Source of the DNA: Candidatus Dojkabacteria bacterium | GTDB lineage: Bacteria > Patescibacteriota > Dojkabacteria > B142 > OLB20 | Direction of reading: 5' to 3' | NCBI GenBank assembly: GCA_046753765.1 | Contig: JBHHUN010000002.1 | Location: 1,570 to 65,569 of the forward strand | DNA: 64,000 nt | Shown: positions 57,495 to 64,000 of the stretch, one piece after another | Position numbering within the stretch: position 1 is the first letter of the stretch | Layout of the letters: every line of letters begins with the position of its first letter | Translations under genes and position numbers: made by a program | Notes under the pieces: model-generated | What the model saw: only the letters and a program-made list of their open reading frames with translations | What the model was told of the DNA's origin: nothing | Databases searched by the model: none

Positions 57495-59795
57495 ATGTAT
57501 TGGGCAGATAAACTGGCAGAAGAGATCCCACAAGGGAGAAAGCACCGGGTCGACGACATGAAGACACCTTCCGGACACGCACATGCAGGGTCACTTCGAG
57601 CTATCGCAACACATGGTCTTGTATTCGAAGCGATGCAACAGGCCGGTCACGATGTTGACTTTACTTATGTCGTCAATGACATGGATCCGATGGATGGTCT
57701 TCCGGTGTATCTTTCGGAAGAGCAATACAGACAGCACATGGGCAAACCCCTATTTATGATTGATGCCCCCGACGGAAAGTCAGAGAGTTATGCAAAACAA
57801 TATGCCTCCGAGTATATTGAGGCCTTCAACAGACTACATTTCAAACCAAAAATTCACTGGTCATCTGAGCTTTACAAGTCTGGAAAAATAGATCCGTTCA
57901 TTCGTATGTCACTTGATAATGCAGAGGTGATCAGAAAAATCTACAAGAAAGTTGCCGGTCAACATAAACCCAAACAGTGGCATCCTTTTCAAGTTATATG
58001 CCCAGAGTGTGGGAAGATAGGGACCAATCTAGTGACGGACTGGGACGGTAATACTGTCGAGTACGAATGTAAAAGAGGTCTCGTGGAATGGGCCACAGGA
58101 TGCGGTGAGAAAGGCCGCATAAGCCCCTTTGGCGGAACAGGTAAACTGATGTGGAAGGTAGATTGGGCCGCGCACTGGGCTGCAATGGATATTACAGTTG
58201 AGGGAGCCGGTAAAGATCATTTTAGCGAGGGCGGATCAAGGTACGTCTCAGCGGCCATCATAAAAGAAGTCTTCAATATTGAACCACCATTCGGTTTTCT
58301 CCATGAATTTCTTCTCATCGGTGGAGCAAAAATGTCTTCATCTAAAGGAAACGCCACTACTGCAGCAGAGTTCTCCCAAATAATCCCTCCCGAACTTGGA
58401 AGATTTTTATTCGTGCGTACACCGTATCAACGCGCAATCAATTTCGATCCCAGCGTCAGTAACACCATTCCAGATCTCTTTGATGAGTACGACCGCAACG
58501 CCCTGGCCTACTTCGAATCTGGAACAGAAACCGACTTTGGCCGATATTTCGTGGCAGCTCATGTTAACAAACCACCTGATGAAGCTATATTTCTACCTCG
58601 TTTTAGACAGGTGGCCACCTTGCTGCAAATGCCATCAGTAGACTTAAAGGAATACTTCACCAAGGAAAAAGGTTCCCCACTAAATACCATCGAACTGGCA
58701 ATACTCGAAGAACGTATCCAGTATGCGCAGATCTGGCTAGATAAGTTTGCTGACGAAAGTGAGATATTTGAAGTAAAAAGCCAGATCCCCAGTGAAACCA
58801 AGAAACTCACAGGTGGACAAAGAGAGTTCCTCTCGGAGCTTGTCGATCTGCTTAAAAGGAAGAGTTTTAAGGATGGAGAAGCGCTGCAGCAGGCTATCTA
58901 TAAAATTGCGAAAGCTTCGAAAGCGCACAGCAAGGGCGGTTTCGAAGCAATCTATCTCTCATTGCTTGGCAAAACACACGGACCAAAAGCAGGATGGCTG
59001 CTCTTTGAACAGCTGAAGACTGAAAAAATGACCCTACTTGAACGACTGGCGGATATAGCTGAGGGGAAGTTGGCAGAAGTAGAATCTCGAGACCTGTTAC
59101 CGGTAATTACAATTTCTGATCGACTGAAAGTCTCAGACGAGGTTAGATCAAAATGGCCGTCGATCACAATTGGCTATGCGGAGATAGAAGGTGTACAAAT
59201 TGCTTCTAAAAACAAAGAGCTTGAGAAGCTAAAGGCTGAGAGGCTGTCTGGCCTGAAAGCTATTACCAGAGGACAGATCAACTCTTTTCCTGAAATAATG
59301 AGTTACAGAAAGCTATATAAAGAGACCGGTGTAGATTGGCACTCACGCAGACCAAGTCCAGAGGCGCTTCTACGCAGGCTCACCCAGGGAAAAGATCTTT
59401 ACAGCATTAACACATGTGTGGATGCCTATAACCTTATCGTCATGGAAAATCGCGTCAGTGTAGGCGCATTTAATTACGATACACTGCAGTTCCCAACTGA
59501 GCTCAGAATTGCCAGGGGCGACGAAGAGATCATGCTGTTAGGTGACACGGATTCAACCAAATTGAAGGAAGGAGAGCTCTGTTACTTCGATATGAAAGGC
59601 CCATATAATCTAGACTTCAACTTCAGGGACGCTGAACGTACAAAAGTAACCTTGGACACGACCAATCTCCTTATAAATGTCGAGGGGGTTTACGATATCT
59701 CCAGAGCACAGGTCGAAGAAACGCTCATTGCGACCGTTGAGATCATTAAAAAATTCTGCGGTGGCACTGTGAAGAAACTTGAGATTATTCGTTAG
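57495..59795 (+). CDS. class I lysine--tRNA ligase fused to a C-terminal B3/4-like domain
   Basis: HIGH-like PSGHAHAGSLR and KMSSSKGN (KMSKS) in a LysRS-I-like Rossmann core. The last 220 aa or so (INTCVDAYNLIVMENRVSVGAFNYDTLQFPTELRIARGDEEIMLLGDTD...) match the B3/4 fold of PheT. Confidence 0.75.
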   Translation: MYWADKLAEEIPQGRKHRVDDMKTPSGHAHAGSLRAIATHGLVFEAMQQAGHDVDFTYVVNDMDPMDGLPVYLSEEQYRQHMGKPLFMIDAPDGKSESYAKQYASEYIEAFNRLHFKPKIHWSSELYKSGKIDPFIRMSLDNAEVIRKIYKKVAGQHKPKQWHPFQVICPECGKIGTNLVTDWDGNTVEYECKRGLVEWATGCGEKGRISPFGGTGKLMWKVDWAAHWAAMDITVEGAGKDHFSEGGSRYVSAAIIKEVFNIEPPFGFLHEFLLIGGAKMSSSKGNATTAAEFSQIIPPELGRFLFVRTPYQRAINFDPSVSNTIPDLFDEYDRNALAYFESGTETDFGRYFVAAHVNKPPDEAIFLPRFRQVATLLQMPSVDLKEYFTKEKGSPLNTIELAILEERIQYAQIWLDKFADESEIFEVKSQIPSETKKLTGGQREFLSELVDLLKRKSFKDGEALQQAIYKIAKASKAHSKGGFEAIYLSLLGKTHGPKAGWLLFEQLKTEKMTLLERLADIAEGKLAEVESRDLLPVITISDRLKVSDEVRSKWPSITIGYAEIEGVQIASKNKELEKLKAERLSGLKAITRGQINSFPEIMSYRKLYKETGVDWHSRRPSPEALLRRLTQGKDLYSINTCVDAYNLIVMENRVSVGAFNYDTLQFPTELRIARGDEEIMLLGDTDSTKLKEGELCYFDMKGPYNLDFNFRDAERTKVTLDTTNLLINVEGVYDISRAQVEETLIATVEIIKKFCGGTVKKLEIIR

Positions 59796-59822
59796 AATGA
59801 GCACAGTGAAATAACCTGAATA

Positions 59823-60647
59823 ATGAGCGAAGTTACATTTAGAATCAACAGACTACAGGATTGCCTCCCTCAAGATGATGTGCTTGACCTGCCTTATGAG
59901 AGAAAGATGGTACAGGGCGGTTGGTTTCGAGGCCGGAAGAGGCATCACCATCCCGATGTATACGAAAGCATGCTCTATGTAAACAATACTTTTTACTACC
60001 TTGATTATGCAGATTTCACCAGGGTAGATATGTTATCGGCGCCCGTTTCTACTCTTCCCGAGGCACTGACAGCAAAACCACATTTACAGGTTGCATCGGG
60101 GCAAATTTACCATCTCGCCCCAGGGTCAAGAAAGCTTAAAGCACTAGTTACGGGTTATAGACGAAGTGGTGAGCCAAGCAGTGACGCTGCAAGCGTTCTT
60201 GGCATTCTAGAAGATGTTGCTTACAACACCTCAATGCTTAACATTAGCATTAGCTCTACTGGCGGTACAAGAGGCAGAGTGGCCCAATATGAGTTTGACC
60301 CCGCGGTAATCGAAAGACGAATGAAGGGGGCAGGCGTGATGTACCTCAAATCAGATCACGCACAGGAGATCTATAGAGCAACGAGTGGGTTTTTGCTGGT
60401 GGACGCAGTTTCTCCCCGAAACCTGCAACCTTCGCATTATACTAACGGTAATGTCATTGTTGTCCCTATCTTGCCAATGACTGGGTCTGAGATCCGAAAT
60501 ACTCTGGTAATCAATAGGAGACACTACAGGGGAGACGAAGAATCTCTAGGAAGCCTTTATGAGCTGTCACTAGAAAGACAACACTTGCTTCATAATCCAG
60601 AAGGAGAGATGCGGGCAGTTTTAGATTTGGCACCCTCTACTTCATAA
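59823..60647 (+). CDS. hypothetical protein
   Basis: 274-aa ORF, somewhat GC-rich, no recognisable motif. Confidence 0.35.
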   Translation: MSEVTFRINRLQDCLPQDDVLDLPYERKMVQGGWFRGRKRHHHPDVYESMLYVNNTFYYLDYADFTRVDMLSAPVSTLPEALTAKPHLQVASGQIYHLAPGSRKLKALVTGYRRSGEPSSDAASVLGILEDVAYNTSMLNISISSTGGTRGRVAQYEFDPAVIERRMKGAGVMYLKSDHAQEIYRATSGFLLVDAVSPRNLQPSHYTNGNVIVVPILPMTGSEIRNTLVINRRHYRGDEESLGSLYELSLERQHLLHNPEGEMRAVLDLAPSTS

Positions 60648-60948
60648 GCCTCCATCTGTCAGCATATACCACCAAACTTGCCTTTGCTTCTCCTTCATTT
60701 GAAAGATAAGCGTCTACATCTGGTCGGCCGTCCACCAAAAGAAGGTCACCTTTTTTGATTTTATCTGCCTTTGAGTGGCTTTTGTTGAAAACAAGCACAT
60801 TATAAAAAGTTGTGCGCTCGTCACGCTCTTTCCCCATGTACTGGTTTACAGCCAGAGAAAACTTTGCGTAGTTTTTACCCTCTTTGCTTTCGAGAACTTC
60901 GGCATCTTTTGTAGCCCGGCCGAGCAGGAATACCTGTTGCAGATTCAT
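60637..60948 (-). CDS. ssb: single-stranded DNA-binding protein (OB-fold only, no acidic tail)
   Basis: VFLLGRATKDAEV...FSLAVN...TTFYNVLVF...GDLLLVDGR follows the SSB OB-fold pattern. It is 103 aa and lacks the C-terminal DDDIPF-type tail. Confidence 0.6.
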   Translation of the reverse strand: MNLQQVFLLGRATKDAEVLESKEGKNYAKFSLAVNQYMGKERDERTTFYNVLVFNKSHSKADKIKKGDLLLVDGRPDVDAYLSNEGEAKASLVVYADRWRLMK

Positions 60949-61006
60949 ATATAAGTATATAAAAGATAATATGAATCCTTTTTAACTTAGGGAGGTTAAT
61001 TTTTTC

Positions 61007-61669
61007 TTAACTTTTCACCAGTAATTTCTTTAGCACACTTAAGTCACCTTGCCAATCCTTGCCGTCAAACCATTGTAACCCCGAGAACTGAAGCTTATAT
61101 TTATCTGACTCATTTTTGACGGAGCCAAGATATATGTACTCAAGTTTCATTTCTGCAGCAAACTCAATAGCTCCAATCATCATGCTCATCCCCAGATTTG
61201 CAGGATATAACTCGAACTCGTAGAATGGATAGGCGTAATGAATAATCGAGTTGTTTTGGTAGCAGATCGCATAACCTACAGTACTTTCCAGACTGTACTC
61301 GAGAAGCATGTTGAAGCTTGTCGAGTCGTCATCCTTTAAAATAGCCCTCAACTTCGAAGCACTAAATGTGCCTACTCCAAATTTCTTAGTATAGAATTCC
61401 TTTCCAAGTCTATGGATGTTCCAATCATATTCATCCTCAGTTAGAGGAAGACTATTTGATTTAACTTTAAGCTCGGGAAACTTCTGTGTTACGCGCCTGT
61501 TCTCGCTCGACAACTGAAAGCGGGAAAGCTCTACTCGAAGGGATCTGGTCTGGAACATATCACCCTTGCCTGTCCTGCCAAATACGTATCCCTGTGAGTA
61601 TTGCTCTGTTATCGTCTCCGGTTCATAACTGTCTAAAGTTGTTTTATCCCAGGTGAGATAGTCATGCAT
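61007..61669 (-). CDS. aminoacyl-tRNA--protein transferase-like (ATE/Bpt family, tentative)
   Basis: The C-terminal block LEYIYLGSVKNESDKYKLQFSGLQWFD resembles the YLGY...KxxYKxxF motif of Arg/Leu-tRNA protein transferases. Confidence 0.35.
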   Translation of the reverse strand: MHDYLTWDKTTLDSYEPETITEQYSQGYVFGRTGKGDMFQTRSLRVELSRFQLSSENRRVTQKFPELKVKSNSLPLTEDEYDWNIHRLGKEFYTKKFGVGTFSASKLRAILKDDDSTSFNMLLEYSLESTVGYAICYQNNSIIHYAYPFYEFELYPANLGMSMMIGAIEFAAEMKLEYIYLGSVKNESDKYKLQFSGLQWFDGKDWQGDLSVLKKLLVKS

Positions 61670-61672
61670 GCT

Positions 61673-64000
61673 TCATTTTACCTTATTTTGATTTTTTAAT
61701 TCAGTTAACTGCTTGAGCCTCTCAATCTCCTGAGCTAACAGTTGCATATACATTCCATATCCAATATTAGCAATATTACCATGTTGCTCTCTACCAAGTA
61801 GGTTCCCAGCGCCTCGAATTTCAAGGTCTCTGCTTGCCAGACTGAATCCAGATCCAAGCTCCTGAAGCTCCATCAGCGCCCTCAGTCTCTCTTTGTACTT
61901 CTGATGTTTTTTCTTTTTTTTGGCCAGCTTTGGATCAATACTCTCAAGCTGCTCATCGAAATATTTCTGATCAGGATCTTCACCCTCATAAAACATGTAT
62001 GCATAAGCTTGAATTTGCCCTCTTCCAACCCTACCCCGCAACTGGTAAAGCTGCCCGAGTCCAAAGTTTTGCGATTGCTCAATAATAATAGTATTTACAT
62101 TCGGCATATCAATACCGTTTTCAATAATGGTAGTGCAGATGAGTACATCGTACATCTTACTGTAAAAACTGGATATATTCTCTTCTAGTTGTTCCGGTGT
62201 CATCTGACCATGACCTACTACAAACCGTACTTTGGGGAGAAGCCTTTGCAGCTTCGCATATACTGAGTTGATTGTTCTCACCCTGTTATGAACATAGTAC
62301 ACCTGACCACCTCTCTTAAGCTCAGAGAGAATTGCATCGACAACTTTTTGTGGGTTGTGCTTGGCGACAACAGTTTCAACTGACTTCCTTCCCTCCGGTG
62401 GAGTTTGAATTATCGAGATGTCTTGAATTGTCGCCAGAGCCATACTTAGTGTTCTGGGGATCGGTGTTGCACTTAAAGATAAAACATGAACACCATACTG
62501 CAATTTCTTGAGTTTCTCTTTTTGTTTTACACCAAACTTCTGTTCCTCATCTACTATCAGAAGCCCCAACTTTCTAAACTCGATGTCGTTTGAAAGCAAC
62601 CTGTGGGTACCAACCACGATATCTATCTTATTCTCCTTGAGCTCAGCTATTGTTCTCTTGTTGTTCCTGCTACTGAACCTTGAAAGAGAGCCGATTATAT
62701 AAGGTGTGTCAGAAAATCTTTCAGTTAAAACCTTGAAATGCTGTGCAACCAGAACAGTAGTCGGTGAGAGAAATGCAACCTGATACCCTTGTTCGACTGC
62801 CTTAAAAGCAGCCCTCATAGCGATTTCTGTTTTACCAAAACCAACATCCCCAACAATAAGGCGATTCATTGGTCTATCACCTGCCATATCATTTATTACC
62901 TCTTTCTCGGTTCTGAGTTGATCATCAGTCTCTTGATATGGAAAATCCAACAAGAAATTCTCATACGTTTTAGATGATTCAGGATCAATCGCGGAGGCCT
63001 TAGCCAGCAAGCGTTTGGCATAGTGCTCAACAAGTTCCTTAGCGAGGACCGCAACTGACGCTTTAACTTTACGTTTTATTCTACCCCAGTCTGCCCGTCC
63101 CAATCGTGTAATTTTTGGATCATCATCATCTGGACCAATGTATTTTGTGACCTTGTCGATCTGACTGAGAGGCACCAGAAGTTCGTCTCCCTCGGCGTAA
63201 GCTACAAGTAAATAGTCCTCGTAGACTTTGATTCGTTTAAACTCATTGAAACCAAGGGGGATCTTCTGTTCAAACTCTTCCTGTTTAATACCTTTATAGA
63301 TTCCAATACCATAATCTTCGTGCACAACAGCGTTCCCAATTTCTATCTCCCCTTCAAGTTGTGCCAGTAGCTTCCTTGCATGCTTGGATGACAGGCCTTT
63401 CGTCTGTCTACTCAAGAAGACGGTTCCAAACAACTCGCGGTCTGTGAATACAGTGTATTTTAGAGATTTTGAGATAAAGCCTGCCTCAATATCTGCAAAG
63501 TGCTTCGAAACCAGTCCTTTGAGCTTTGGCGGGACGCTGCTTTTATGTTTTGTTAATAAATGAACTTCATACCCCTTATCTTGAAACCTGTTTATATCCC
63601 TCTCAAGAAGATCAAACCTTCCGAAATACAGCTGTGGATATGTAAAGTCAAATGTGACTGCCTGACTTGAGTCGTATGTATCCAAATTGTCACCACCGAA
63701 GATGACAGATAGCTTTAGTGGCGATTTATCGCTACTACCAAGCTGGATCTGGTCTAGTACGGCCTGTGAATTTAATTCTTCAAGGTCGCCAATTAGAACA
63801 CTTTTCACAATGCTCTGTGTTTTATTGTAAATCTCGTCGTACGTTTCTGCCTTTTCATAGCTGTCACCAAAGTAGATGACACGGATAGGATGTTCATAGC
63901 CCACGGGCCAAAATCTAACCTGGTCACCAATAACAGAATACTCACCAGTCTGGGAGATCTTCTCGACATTCTCGAAGTTATGGTTTTCAAGAAATGAGCT
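61673..64000 (-). CDS. mfd: transcription-repair coupling factor Mfd (partial, N-terminus beyond right edge)
   Basis: Helicase motifs (GDVGFGKTEIAMRAAF; DEEQKFG; LSATPIPRTL; QLRGRVGRG) and a TRG-like region. The reading frame continues upstream of the first Met to the window edge (...GDQVRFWPVGYEHPIR), matching the Mfd UvrB-homology region. Confidence 0.85.
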   Translation of the reverse strand, partial: SSFLENHNFENVEKISQTGEYSVIGDQVRFWPVGYEHPIRVIYFGDSYEKAETYDEIYNKTQSIVKSVLIGDLEELNSQAVLDQIQLGSSDKSPLKLSVIFGGDNLDTYDSSQAVTFDFTYPQLYFGRFDLLERDINRFQDKGYEVHLLTKHKSSVPPKLKGLVSKHFADIEAGFISKSLKYTVFTDRELFGTVFLSRQTKGLSSKHARKLLAQLEGEIEIGNAVVHEDYGIGIYKGIKQEEFEQKIPLGFNEFKRIKVYEDYLLVAYAEGDELLVPLSQIDKVTKYIGPDDDDPKITRLGRADWGRIKRKVKASVAVLAKELVEHYAKRLLAKASAIDPESSKTYENFLLDFPYQETDDQLRTEKEVINDMAGDRPMNRLIVGDVGFGKTEIAMRAAFKAVEQGYQVAFLSPTTVLVAQHFKVLTERFSDTPYIIGSLSRFSSRNNKRTIAELKENKIDIVVGTHRLLSNDIEFRKLGLLIVDEEQKFGVKQKEKLKKLQYGVHVLSLSATPIPRTLSMALATIQDISIIQTPPEGRKSVETVVAKHNPQKVVDAILSELKRGGQVYYVHNRVRTINSVYAKLQRLLPKVRFVVGHGQMTPEQLEENISSFYSKMYDVLICTTIIENGIDMPNVNTIIIEQSQNFGLGQLYQLRGRVGRGQIQAYAYMFYEGEDPDQKYFDEQLESIDPKLAKKKKKHQKYKERLRALMELQELGSGFSLASRDLEIRGAGNLLGREQHGNIANIGYGMYMQLLAQEIERLKQLTELKNQNKVK

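Noticed and set aside
1-64000. CRISPR arrays and other multi-copy tandem repeats
   Set aside because: No regularly spaced direct repeats were seen anywhere in the window.

Overview
This is a gene-dense, moderately AT-rich bacterial chromosomal segment with short intergenic gaps and many overlapping start/stop codons. The gene content points to a small-genome Patescibacteria/CPR-like bacterium; this is an inference from the genes listed next, not a database result. It carries an alpha2-type GlyRS, a class I LysRS, an archaeal-type upper mevalonate operon with a DUF35 partner, class II ribonucleotide reductases, hrcA-grpE-dnaK, mraY, a Mur ligase, uvrC, recO, ssb and mfd. I call about 65 CDS, 4 tRNAs (Gly-GCC, Val-TAC, Phe-GAA, Thr-CGT), one intact IS element with 18-bp terminal inverted repeats, two decayed genes, and candidate regulatory sites (a CIRCE-like repeat before hrcA, tandem NrdR-box-like palindromes before nrdR). 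The most unusual content is an nrd locus (44.1-52.4 kb) with three complete class II RNR catalytic units. Two of these are fused head-to-tail in one 1668-aa polypeptide. They sit with nrdR and two uncharacterised small ORFs. A second candidate system lies at 22.2-27.6 kb: a translationally coupled operon encoding a ThrC-like PLP enzyme, a membrane-anchored SAM methyltransferase, a long ATP-grasp ligase and an NlpC/P60-like Cys hydrolase. A LysW-like zinc-ribbon mini-protein is divergently transcribed beside it and a PP2C phosphatase follows it. Other notable items are a class I LysRS with a C-terminal B3/4 (PheT-editing-like) domain, a tRNA-Phe 3-prime-end duplication that marks a relic integration site, a Fic-fold protein with a degenerate catalytic motif, and a sugar-modification cluster containing a formyltransferase.
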